Positions 8,221 to 18,200 of a DNA stretch of 64,000 nt are shown here, piece after piece (position 1 is the first letter of the stretch; each line of letters begins with the position of its first letter). The stretch comes from a virus. A model generated the notes under the pieces. That model saw nothing but the letters and a program-made list of their open reading frames with translations. It did no database searches and had not been told where the DNA came from. The translations under genes and the position numbers were made by a program. The stretch lies in the IMG/VR virus record IMGVR_UViG_3300017917_002593, positions 22,212 to 86,211 of that record; one strand, given 5' to 3'.

Positions 8221-9174
8221 ATGTCTACAAAGTTTGAACAACTATTAGACCTATTAGTCAACGAGGAAATGGATAAGGCGAATGAATTATTCCATGAGAT
8301 CGTTGTTGAAAAGTCTAGAGAAATTTATGAAAATATGATCGCCGAAGAGGCAGATGATGAAATGGAAGAATCTATGGAGTCTGATGACGACATGGAAGAA
8401 GCTATGGATAAAGACGACGAACAAGTCGAAGAAGAAACTACACTTGAAATCGGTGGCGACAGTACCGATGATTTCATGGACAAAGTTTCCGACCCTGACG
8501 CTATGGGCGATGAGGGTGATATGGACAGTATGGACGGCGACATTGGAGCCGAAGGCGAAGGTTCTGAAGAACAAAGAATCTCCGATCTTGAATCTGAACT
8601 CGAACAACTAAAAGCAGAATTCGAAGCTTTAATGGCTGACGAACAAAATGAGCCAGAGCACAGCGACGGCGAAGAAGATCCTGACTTTGGCGGAATGGCC
8701 GACGATGAAGAAGGCGACGACGAAGAAGGTGAAGAAGGCGACGAAGAAGAAAAAGCCGAAGAAGGCGAATACATGCGTGAGTATGTAGAGCATGTAAAAG
8801 ACGGCCACGGCGCTGACAAAAAAGGTAAAGGCGAAGACGGTGGTACTAACACCAAGAGCGTTGGTCTACAAAATCCAAAAGGACGCCCAACAACTACAGC
8901 ATCTGCACATAACATCTTAGGTGGTAAGGGCGGAGAAGCTGGCATCAAGGGCGGAGAAGGCCTTGTTGGCGGACAAAAAGGTGAATTCACAAGCGACCAC
9001 TTGAACAAGCCAGGTGGATACAAAGGTGATGCATTTAGCAAGAACAGTGCTGGACACGGCGCTGAAGGTAAAGCACAACGTGGTGAAGGTCGCCCAGTTG
9101 GTGCAGCTACTGGTGGTAAAGCAGGTCAAACTGGCGCTGTAAACACTAAGAGCCCAGCTGACCGTATGCAATAA
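8221..9174 (+). CDS. Highly acidic prohead core protein
   Basis: Asp/Glu-rich, Gly/Lys-rich C-half; strong SD AGGAG; position equivalent to T4 core genes between gp20 and gp21. Confidence 0.7.
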   Translation: MSTKFEQLLDLLVNEEMDKANELFHEIVVEKSREIYENMIAEEADDEMEESMESDDDMEEAMDKDDEQVEEETTLEIGGDSTDDFMDKVSDPDAMGDEGDMDSMDGDIGAEGEGSEEQRISDLESELEQLKAEFEALMADEQNEPEHSDGEEDPDFGGMADDEEGDDEEGEEGDEEEKAEEGEYMREYVEHVKDGHGADKKGKGEDGGTNTKSVGLQNPKGRPTTTASAHNILGGKGGEAGIKGGEGLVGGQKGEFTSDHLNKPGGYKGDAFSKNSAGHGAEGKAQRGEGRPVGAATGGKAGQTGAVNTKSPADRMQ

Positions 9175-9186
9175 TAGGAACTCGGG

Positions 9187-9813
9187 ATGCTATATCTAAG
9201 AGAACATTTAAGTTTTGATCAGGCAAGAGTTGTTCTTGAATCTGACGGAAATGAAGGTAAGAACCTTTACCTAAAAGGCATTGCCATTCAAGGTGGAATT
9301 AGAAACGCTAACCAGCGTGTCTATCCTGTCTCCGAGATTACCAACGCTGTCAAAACTCTAAATGATCAGATTCAAAACGGTTATAGTGTTCTTGGAGAAG
9401 TTGATCACCCCGATGACTTAAAAGTAAATTTGGATCGTGTATCGCATATGATTGTTGATATGTGGATGGATGGTCCAAACGGTTATAGTAAGATGAAAAT
9501 CTTACCAACCCCTATGGGCAACTTAATTCGCACAATGCTGGAAAGTGGCGTAAAACTTGGCGTAAGTTCTAGAGGTAGCGGCAACGTTAACGATAGCACT
9601 GGCGAAGTAGCTGACTTTGAAATTATTACAGTAGATATCGTTGCTCAGCCGAGTGCGCCAGGAGCTTACCCTACTCCAATTTATGAACACCTGATGAATA
9701 GTCGTGGTGGTAGTAAAGCATTTAGGGTGGCGCAAGAGGTAAAAGAAGATCCCAAGGCCCAAAAGTATCTCCGCGAGGCGATGCTTAACATTATAAATGG
9801 CTTAAAAGCCTAA
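9187..9813 (+). CDS. gp21: Prohead core protease (T4 gp21-like)
   Basis: NANQRVYP, LGEVDHP, LGVSSRGSG, DIVAQPSAPGA. Confidence 0.95.
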   Translation: MLYLREHLSFDQARVVLESDGNEGKNLYLKGIAIQGGIRNANQRVYPVSEITNAVKTLNDQIQNGYSVLGEVDHPDDLKVNLDRVSHMIVDMWMDGPNGYSKMKILPTPMGNLIRTMLESGVKLGVSSRGSGNVNDSTGEVADFEIITVDIVAQPSAPGAYPTPIYEHLMNSRGGSKAFRVAQEVKEDPKAQKYLREAMLNIINGLKA

Positions 9814-9825
9814 GGAGACAAAGCA

Positions 9826-10929
9826 ATGTTGGACGCATTCAAACAGCTGGTCGAGAGTGGTATGATTTCTGAGTCTGTAAAGACTGAGATTGAGTCTGCT
9901 TTCAATCAGAAGATCCAAGAGAATCGCGACCAATTGACTGCTGAACTTCGTGAAGAGTTTGCTCAAAAATATTCCCATGATAAGGGAATTATGGTTGAAG
10001 CACTCGACAAGATGATTAGCGAAAGATTGGCCGTAGAGATGGCTGAACTCGCTGCTGATAAAAAGGCTTTAGCAGAAGCTAAAGTTGCATATCACCAGAA
10101 AATGACAAAGGATACTAAAGTTTTAGAATCTTTTATCATGAGTCAGTTAGGAAAAGAATTGGTAGAATTCCAAAGCGATCGTAAGAAAGTAAGTGAGAAT
10201 TTTACTAAGTTAGAGCAGTTCATTGTAACAGCTCTGGCACGTGAAATCAATGAATTTGCACAAGACAAGCGTGAATTAGCTGAAGCGAGAGTTAAGCTGG
10301 TAAGCGAAGCCAAAGTAAAATTTGACGAAGTCAAGAGCAGATTTATTAAGCGTAGCGCCGCAATCGTTGAAAACACAGTTACTAAGACATTGAAATCCGA
10401 GATGAAACAACTCAAGGAAGATATCGATAGTGCTCGTCAAAACGCATTCGGTCGTCGCTTATTTGAAGCATTTGCACAGGAATTTAGCACAAGCTATCTA
10501 AACGAAAAGTCTGAAACACATAAGTTGTTAAGAATTATCGAAAAGAAAGAGCAAGAGCTTGCCGAAGCAAAAGCTGTTGTTACTGAAAAAGCACAATTAG
10601 TTGAGTCTAAGGAACGCGAAATTCGCATTGCTCATGACATGGCTAAGCGTAAAGAAGTAATGGCAGAACTGTTAGCACCTTTGAGTGCTGACAAACGAGA
10701 GATCATGAAAGAATTACTTGAGTCTGTCCAGACAGTAAAACTTAATGAGTCATTTGAGAAATACCTACCAGCAGTTATGGAAGGTGGCGTAAAGAAAGTA
10801 GCACCTAAGGCGCAAGCTAAAGAAATGCTTTCCGAAAGCACTGAAGTAACTGGAGATCGCGAAACAAAACAGCCACAGGTAGGCTTAGATAACATCTTAG
10901 ATATCCGCAAGTTAGCGGGTCTAAAATAA
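9826..10929 (+). CDS. gp22: Prohead scaffold protein (T4 gp22-like)
   Basis: Long coiled-coil Glu/Lys-rich protein between protease and capsid genes. Confidence 0.85.
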   Translation: MLDAFKQLVESGMISESVKTEIESAFNQKIQENRDQLTAELREEFAQKYSHDKGIMVEALDKMISERLAVEMAELAADKKALAEAKVAYHQKMTKDTKVLESFIMSQLGKELVEFQSDRKKVSENFTKLEQFIVTALAREINEFAQDKRELAEARVKLVSEAKVKFDEVKSRFIKRSAAIVENTVTKTLKSEMKQLKEDIDSARQNAFGRRLFEAFAQEFSTSYLNEKSETHKLLRIIEKKEQELAEAKAVVTEKAQLVESKEREIRIAHDMAKRKEVMAELLAPLSADKREIMKELLESVQTVKLNESFEKYLPAVMEGGVKKVAPKAQAKEMLSESTEVTGDRETKQPQVGLDNILDIRKLAGLK

Positions 10930-10953
10930 AAATATTCAAGGAGAAGACATAAA

Positions 10954-12135
10954 ATGTCACAATTATTAAATGAAAGATGGTCCGAGACCAAAGAAGCTCT
11001 GCTTGAAGGCCTACAAGGTAACCGTCGTTCTTCTATGAGCGTTTGCTTAGAGAATACACGAAAGTACCTAGCTGAAAGTGCTACAGCAGGAGCTACAAGC
11101 ACTGGTAATATCGCAACACTAAACCGCGTTATTCTTCCAGTTATCCGTCGTGTTATGCCGACAGTTATTGCTAACGAAATCGTTGGCGTACAACCAATGA
11201 CTGGCCCAGTTGCTCAGATCCATACTCTACGTGTTCGTTACGCTGATACCAGCGCAGGCGACAGTGTAGTAGCAGGCGATGAGGCACTAAGCCCATTCAA
11301 GTTGGCTGCTGCTTATTCTGGTAACGGTAATAACAGCGCACCAAAAGCACAAACTACCAGCGTTCTTGAAGGACAAGTTGGTAAGCGTATGAGCATTCAA
11401 ATCTTGAAGGCTCCAGTTGAAGCTAAGTCTCGTAAACTAAGCGCACGCTGGACATTCGAGGCTGCTCAAGACGCACAAGCAATGCACGGTATCGATATCG
11501 AAGCAGAAATCATGGCAGCTCTTGCTCAAGAAATCACTGCTGAAATCGACCAAGAAGTTCTTGCTTCTCTACGTGGTCTTGGCACAGTTGAACAAACTTA
11601 TGACCAAGCTGCCGTATCCGGTACTGCTACATTCGTTGGTGACGAACACGCTGCTTTAGCTGTTCAGATCAACCGTGTTGCAAACTTGATCGCTCAGCGT
11701 ACACGTCGTGGTGCTGCTAACTGGGCAGTTGTTTCTAACCAGGCTCTAACGATCCTTCAGTCTGCAACAACATCCGCTTTTGCACGTACTACAGAAGGTA
11801 CATTCGAAGCACCTACAAACACTAAGTTTGTTGGTACTCTAAACAACAGCATGAAGATCTATGTTGACGCTTACCTAAGCGACACAGACGACAACAACCA
11901 AATTCTTGTTGGTTATAAGGGACCAAGCGAAGCTGACGCTGCCGCTTTCTACTGCCCATATATTCCTCTAATGAGTTCTGGTGTTGTTCTTGATCCAGCA
12001 ACATTCGAGCCAGTAGTTGGCTTCTTAACACGTTACGGCTATGTTGAGTTAACAAACACAGCATCCAGCTTAGGTAACGCTGCTGACTACCTAGGTAAAG
12101 TTGCTATCACAGCCGCTAACGTATCTTTCCGTTAA
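10954..12135 (+). CDS. gp23: Major capsid protein (T4 gp23-like)
   Basis: VGVQPMTGP, AKSRKLSARWTFEAAQD, EITAEIDQE, FYCPYIPL, TRYG. Confidence 0.97.
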   Translation: MSQLLNERWSETKEALLEGLQGNRRSSMSVCLENTRKYLAESATAGATSTGNIATLNRVILPVIRRVMPTVIANEIVGVQPMTGPVAQIHTLRVRYADTSAGDSVVAGDEALSPFKLAAAYSGNGNNSAPKAQTTSVLEGQVGKRMSIQILKAPVEAKSRKLSARWTFEAAQDAQAMHGIDIEAEIMAALAQEITAEIDQEVLASLRGLGTVEQTYDQAAVSGTATFVGDEHAALAVQINRVANLIAQRTRRGAANWAVVSNQALTILQSATTSAFARTTEGTFEAPTNTKFVGTLNNSMKIYVDAYLSDTDDNNQILVGYKGPSEADAAAFYCPYIPLMSSGVVLDPATFEPVVGFLTRYGYVELTNTASSLGNAADYLGKVAITAANVSFR

Positions 12136-12160
12136 TTCGAAAAGTTACTTTACCAAGTAC

Positions 12161-12185
12161 AAAAGCCCGCATATGCGGGCTTTTT
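12161..12185 (+). terminator. Rho-independent terminator after the capsid gene
   Basis: AAAAGCCCGC-ATAT-GCGGGCTTTTT. Confidence 0.9.
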
Positions 12186-12247
12186 GTTAAATACAATATC
12201 TACAATTATGCGGTCCCCACCGCGTATGGGCCTAGAACGCCCTGTAG
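12186..12247 (+). promoter_or_regulatory. Late promoter (GTTAAATA) followed by a structured 5' leader (three-way junction)
   Basis: CTACA/TGTAG closing stem enclosing TATGCGGT-CCCC-ACCGCGTA and GGGC-CTAGAAC-GCCC. Confidence 0.5.
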
Positions 12248-12265
12248 TCAATAAGGAGAAAACAA

Positions 12266-12982
12266 ATGGGACGTCCAATTCAAAAAAAATATTTCGCTAA
12301 CACAAACGTTGCTTTAGACGGTGAAGGCGTAGGCGGAGAAAAATTTAGTGCTGTAACAGTACTAACAACTGGTACTCTGTATTCTACAGTTACAAACTAT
12401 ACATGGACAGGTTCTGCACCTCAGCTTGCAGGCGGCCAAGCTGCTACTGGTACATTAACTGTTGGTACTGATGGTCGTGTAAGTGCTTTCAACATTAGTG
12501 ATGCTGGTAGCGGTTATACCTCCACTTCCAGTGTTACTGTTACAGTAAGCCCATCAACAACTGGTACTACAGCAACCTACCATATTGCATTAACATCATC
12601 AGCTCGTGCAAACGGTGTAGCAATTTACGCATATATTCCTGCAAGCGGAACAGCAGGTTTAGTTAGCGGATCTGGCGGAACACAACGTCTATTAGGAGAC
12701 ATTGTACGTCAAGTTGGCAGTACAAAGTATATGGTAAGAACTTCTGAAGGTTTAGGAAAAGTTAAATTAGTATCCGACGGTGCTGCTGACGCAGCTGGAG
12801 AAGCTGATCTAACAGCAACAGACAGTTCTGGCAAGACATACTATGTTATGAAGCTAAACGGTCGTAAGGCAAAACTAAAACAATACGGTTCAGCTGGTCA
12901 CGAATTTGCTGACGAGTCTTGGGTTAAGTGGACAATTACTGCCGCTGAAGAAAATGTAAGTGTTCTTATAGCTAACGCTTAA
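12266..12982 (+). CDS. Virion structural protein (possible head decoration)
   Basis: Thr/Gly/Ser-rich beta-type protein right after the capsid gene; strong SD; own terminator. Confidence 0.6.
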   Translation: MGRPIQKKYFANTNVALDGEGVGGEKFSAVTVLTTGTLYSTVTNYTWTGSAPQLAGGQAATGTLTVGTDGRVSAFNISDAGSGYTSTSSVTVTVSPSTTGTTATYHIALTSSARANGVAIYAYIPASGTAGLVSGSGGTQRLLGDIVRQVGSTKYMVRTSEGLGKVKLVSDGAADAAGEADLTATDSSGKTYYVMKLNGRKAKLKQYGSAGHEFADESWVKWTITAAEENVSVLIANA

Positions 12983-12999
12983 TTAAGTTAAGCACACAG

Positions 13000-13021
13000 G
13001 AAAAGGGCTTAGGCCCTTTTC
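13000..13021 (+). terminator. Rho-independent terminator
   Basis: GAAAAGGGC-TTAG-GCCCTTTTC. Confidence 0.8.
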
Positions 13022-13055
13022 TTATTTGCTGCTAAATACGATAAAGGAAATTTAC

Positions 13056-14090
13056 ATGACCGTAGATGTAATTCGATATTCTGGCGATCTTAAAATAGCA
13101 ACTAAACCTGGCGGCATCATTACATTAGACACGGGTGTAAATTCTGGAACAGTTGTTATTACCGGAAACTTAAATGTATTAGGAACTGCAACCAACATTG
13201 CAACAACTAATACTATTGTAAAAGACAATATCATTACATTGAATGCAGGGGAATCTGGTTCAAGTGTAAGTTTAGGAGAATCAAATACTCCATTCTTTGG
13301 TCAATCTGGTTTTGTAGTTGATAGAGGAAATAATGCCAGTACTGCAACAAGGGCATCTATCTTATTTGAAGAAAGAACTTGGAGCTCTACATCGACTACT
13401 GCAACTCAGTATCAAGGAATTTGGTCAATCAAAACAGCCAACCGTGGAGCTGCAATCGAAGTTGGAGCAATTAGATTGGCAGGTGGCGGTCCAAATAACG
13501 ATAATAGATTGAACTTGCTGGGTGCAGGTATCAACGGAGTTTTAAGTGTTGCAGGACAGTTAAATTATCATACTCGTGTTATCGACGATAATGATATTCC
13601 TAACAAATACTATGTTGACAACACTCCATTAAGAGGAACAGCTACAAGTGCAGTAACAGCTTTGGAACTGAGACAAAATGACACTCGTATATCAATTACA
13701 GACAACAATATTCAACCAGGATTTATTACAACAGTAATTGACGGCGTTACCACAATGATTGTTCAGCGTTTTGCTGGCGTTCCAACGATTACATTGGGTA
13801 CTCTTATTGTTGCAGGTAACAGTATTCGACCAGCAGCTACTAATGCAGATTTAATTTTACAAACTATCGGAACAGGTACAACCGTTGTAAATAATGGAAT
13901 AACAATTGGAGTATCAAATGTTGAGCCTCAACCTGTTCAAGGCGCAGTTAAAATTTATACAACTTCGACTGTAGGAGCAGGTAGCACAGGTATTCGATAT
14001 TCTGGATACGAAAACTTATCTACTCTTGTTCCAACATCAGGTGAATTAATTTCTGCAAGAAAGGCTCTTGTTCTTTCAATTATATTCTAA
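13056..14090 (+). CDS. Virion structural protein
   Basis: Start moved to ATG 13056 (SD AAGGA, promoter GCTAAATA at 13031); VITGNLNVLGT..VKDNIITLNAGE fibre-type motif. Confidence 0.7.
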   Translation: MTVDVIRYSGDLKIATKPGGIITLDTGVNSGTVVITGNLNVLGTATNIATTNTIVKDNIITLNAGESGSSVSLGESNTPFFGQSGFVVDRGNNASTATRASILFEERTWSSTSTTATQYQGIWSIKTANRGAAIEVGAIRLAGGGPNNDNRLNLLGAGINGVLSVAGQLNYHTRVIDDNDIPNKYYVDNTPLRGTATSAVTALELRQNDTRISITDNNIQPGFITTVIDGVTTMIVQRFAGVPTITLGTLIVAGNSIRPAATNADLILQTIGTGTTVVNNGITIGVSNVEPQPVQGAVKIYTTSTVGAGSTGIRYSGYENLSTLVPTSGELISARKALVLSIIF

Positions 14091-14099
14091 GGATTCAAA

Positions 14100-14417
14100 A
14101 TGGCAATTACAAATTCTCAACTAAGTTCGACTTCAAAGACTGAAGTTTTTGTAGGATCGGGCGAGAATGCAATCACATGTATTATTTTGTGCAATACAAG
14201 TCTTACTGTTAATGCAACAGTGAGTGTATGGATAGTTCCAGCTGCTGTGGCAGCAGGAGATGCAAATCTGATTTTAAATGAAATATCTTTACCTGCAGGC
14301 GAGACGTTTAGTATGGACACTGAACGATTTATTTTAGCGGACGGCGATAGTATTCAAGCACAAGCAAGTCAAAACTTAATTGTAACTGCAACAGTCAGTT
14401 ATGTTCAAACGGCATAA
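14100..14417 (+). CDS. Small virion-associated beta-sandwich protein
   Basis: Similar pattern to 21868..22254 (ILxxGDSIxA); structural operon. Confidence 0.65.
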   Translation: MAITNSQLSSTSKTEVFVGSGENAITCIILCNTSLTVNATVSVWIVPAAVAAGDANLILNEISLPAGETFSMDTERFILADGDSIQAQASQNLIVTATVSYVQTA

Positions 14418-14420
14418 ATT

Positions 14421-15155
14421 ATGAAATTTTACAAAAGACAGTCTATTGATTCTCATAATCCGCAAGATGATAAATTTGCGGTAGAAGCTGACGGCCGATT
14501 AATTTCTGATTCTACAAAAAGTTTTAGACTACCCGGCGGCATGACTTCAGAACGTCCAACTAATCCTGATGCAGGACAAATTAGAGTCAACACAGACCTT
14601 GACGATCTCGAAACAAGAGTAAGAACTTTATGGGAAAGAGTTAGAACAGTTCGCCCGGCATCCATTACTGTTCAAAATTTAGGAAGTGGAAATTATTTCA
14701 GTACAATCTTTGGTCCTTTAAATTCTTCATATGACCGTTCATATGATCCTACTTATAATGGCGGCGCAGCAAATATAATGGTCTATGTTGACAACGTTTA
14801 TCAGATTCCTGGAATAAACTACGATCTAATAACTGACCCTTCTCCAGTTACGGCAGCTACTACCGCAACTACTTCTGCATCTTCTACTGTGCTGTATCTT
14901 GACTCTGTACAAAACGTTCAGCCGGGGCAACGTATTAGTGGTAGCGCATCAATTACAACAACTACAGTTGTCGTAGGAACTGTTCCTGGAACTTTTAATA
15001 TTGAAATTAGCGAACCAACATCGGCACCAGTTAACGTAGGTACCAATTTAACTTTTACATTTAGCACTGGAACTTTCATTCAATTTTCTGGAACAGTACC
15101 TGCAAAACCAGTAGTGACTTTACTTGGATACGACGGATATTTCCCTCCAGGATAA
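14421..15155 (+). CDS. Virion structural protein
   Basis: RLPGG.TSERP..P.AGQIR.N and VYVDNVYQ motifs seen in phage baseplate/fibre proteins. Confidence 0.6.
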   Translation: MKFYKRQSIDSHNPQDDKFAVEADGRLISDSTKSFRLPGGMTSERPTNPDAGQIRVNTDLDDLETRVRTLWERVRTVRPASITVQNLGSGNYFSTIFGPLNSSYDRSYDPTYNGGAANIMVYVDNVYQIPGINYDLITDPSPVTAATTATTSASSTVLYLDSVQNVQPGQRISGSASITTTTVVVGTVPGTFNIEISEPTSAPVNVGTNLTFTFSTGTFIQFSGTVPAKPVVTLLGYDGYFPPG

Positions 15156-15185
15156 TATCCTATCAACTACAAATAATTAATTCCC

Positions 15186-15286
15186 GATAAATACTCTGAT
15201 GCCAAAAGGTTTGGCAGTCGGTTATACTGTGGTAAACCCGCAATGTAAGGTGGTTAACCGTGAAACACGGGGTATAGGGAGCAAGC
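15186..15286 (+). promoter_or_regulatory. Late promoter (GATAAATA) plus structured 5' leader with three hairpins
   Basis: TGCCAAA/TTTGGCA, TTATACTGTGG/CCGCAATGTAA, CCGTG/CACGG before the SD of the 2189-aa gene. Confidence 0.5.
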
Positions 15287-18200
15287 ATGGCCGTAGGTCG
15301 TATTACGGGCCCGCTCTTAGCGCAAAATTTGCTAAGAGACGGTGTCGACATAGCAGTTGAAACAGATCTGCTGTATATTGATGTTAAAAATGGCCGTATT
15401 GGTGTAAGAACCGATATTCCCCGTACCGAACTTGATGTCAATGGCACACTTACTACAAAAGTTCTAATTGCCGATACTGCAACTATTGGTTTAGTAACCA
15501 TTGAAAGCAGCACATCGAGCAGCACAATTTCTACACTGTTTGGACCGTTAAACGTTAACCCCGGTGGTAACGACTGGTTATATATCAACAGTACTGCAAG
15601 CGTCCGAGGCGATGTTTATGCAACTGGCAACTTCTATGCCAACGGAAATATCAAGTTAGGTGATACTACATCATCTGATACAATCGAATTATTAGGTGAG
15701 GTCCAAAGTGACATCTTGCCTTTTATCAGTAGCGGCACATTTTCTACCTATGTCAGTACCTTAACTGGTTTAACAGTAACTGACTTCTATACCAATACTG
15801 AAATTGTTTCTGAATATAGTTTAGGTAATACAAGTAGCTATTGGCAAAACGCATATCTACAAAATGTCTTTACAAGAAAAATTGATACAGTTGGCACAGA
15901 AACCGATGTTCAATTTTTCCCAGATATTCCCAGATTAGAAAGAACTCTAAACAAGAGTGTTACAATCAACGGAGATATTCGTGTATATGGCGGAAATCCG
16001 TTAGGTACATTTCCAGTTGTAAACAACATTCTATATGTAAACGAAAACGGTAGCGATGACAATGATGGTAGGGCTATGGACGCAAGTCGTGCTTGCCGTA
16101 CAATTACTGGTGCTACTCGAAGCCCTTATTTTAAACAAGGCACTATTATTAAAGTAGCTCCTGGCTACTATGCAGAAGATAACCCTATTAAGTTATTGCC
16201 ATACACTTCAGTAGTGGGCGATAGTCTTCGTGCAGTTTTTGTTGAACCGTTAAACAAAACAGTAGATTTATTCCATGTAAATTCTGGTGTATATATCACT
16301 GGGATGACCATGCTAAACTTGCGCCGAGGCGAAGTTGTACGCTACGAACCGGGCGGAGCAGGCACATACACCACAGGTGCTTACTGTGTTGCGTTTCCTC
16401 CTCTATTAGAAAATCCGATCGATTTATTCCACAGTCCCTATATTCAAAACTGTACTAATCAATCTGGTCCGTGGCTGTATGACGGCACAATGTTTGTTCC
16501 GAACCAAACAGTTCAGTTACCACTGGTAGTTGCTACTGCTACCTATGCATCCAGCACAACTACAATTACTGTAACTATTCAACCAGAACTATCTGCCAAG
16601 CAGTTAGAAATTGGAATGGCAGTGAACGGATCTGGCATTTTGATAGAGGACGATCTTCCAATTGCATCTATTGAAAAGATCGAAAACATTGATCCTAACT
16701 TTAGAAATGCAAAACAACTTTTAACTTCAAACAAAGATTTTATCAAAGACGAAATCATTGCTTATGTTAATACAAACTATCCTGGATTAAATTATAATCA
16801 AGATAAATGCCGCAGAGATGCTGGCTATGTTTTAGATGCTTTGATCTATGATGCAATTCTCGGCGGTAATAGAAAAATTGTTGAAGCAGGTCGTGCCTAC
16901 TTTCAAGGTAACGCCAATATTTTAGGCGATGAATTAATTCCTACCATTGCAGCATTTGAAAGAATGAAAACTTTTGCATTTGCAATTGTTGCAAATACTG
17001 ATCTATCTTCTATCAAGACACCGGCAAACAGCGGAATACAAATTATAGATACAAATCTAACCGGCGGAGAAATTGCACAGCCTAACATTGTTAAATTGAT
17101 GGACTTGTTGATTGACATCTTAAGAAACAATGGAGGTTATGAAAATGCTGCTGCTCTATTAAATGCAAATAGAGGTTTTATTCAAGCAGAAACAGTTGCG
17201 TTTGTTAACAAAACATATGTTGGCCAACCTATTCCAAGTTTTACCTACGATAGAGCAAAATGTTTCAGAGATGTTGGATATGTTATAGATGCAATCGCTA
17301 ACGATCTTTTATATGGCGGAAACCAACAAACGGTTGCTGCCGGTGAAGCATATATTGGCGGCGCAGCGATTCCCGGAGAAGCTGACGAAACTATTGCAGC
17401 ATTCAATTACTTAGGAATGATCATTCGTGATGTAGTTTTACAAAACGAAATAAACGACGGTTACCAAACTACTGTAACTCAAGTCACTAATTTGATAACA
17501 GGTACTAATGCGGCAATTGAGTTGATGACACGAAATATTCAAATTATCAATTCGTACATTGACGATGGCGCATTTTCTGTTCCAGTTGTTTCAAATAGCG
17601 CACAAAGTTCTATTCCAGGAATCGTTAACAGTTACAATTTAATTGTAGCTAACAAAGCATTCTTGCAACATGAAGTTGTTAACTATATTGATGTAACATT
17701 TACTAATCTTGATTTTGTCTACAACGAAGATAAGTGTGCTCGTGACACTGCTTTAATATTTGACGGATTAGTATTAGACCTTGTACATGGAGGTTCAAGT
17801 CAATCAACTTTTGCAGGCCTACAATATTGGAATCAAACTAATACTGTTATACCTGGAGAAGAAACAACCACTACTAATGCTTTTGCCTATGCAAAAGATA
17901 TTTCTAAAACTATTATCCAAGGTATTCCTTTAACAACAATTTTAGGAACATTGACTCAGTATATTAGCACAGGGTCGGACCTAACTGTTGCAAACTTACT
18001 CGGTGAAAAATTTGATACAGTTATTTCTGTAATAACAAATGGCACAGCTGGAATAACTGATTTAATTGAACCAAACGGTGATATTAACACAACTACTCTT
18101 TATACCAGTGCTATAGATTTGTTAATAGGAAATAAAGATTTTATTGCCGACGAAGTTATTGCTTGGATTGAACAAACTAAAACTCCTGGCTTTACATACG

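Noticed and set aside
8287-9171. Long antisense ORFs such as 8325..9041, and similar ones opposite the capsid and fibre genes
   Set aside because: Shadow frames caused by biased codons of the real plus-strand genes
13026-13055. TTG start given by the ORF track
   Set aside because: Overlaps the promoter box; the SD supports ATG 13056
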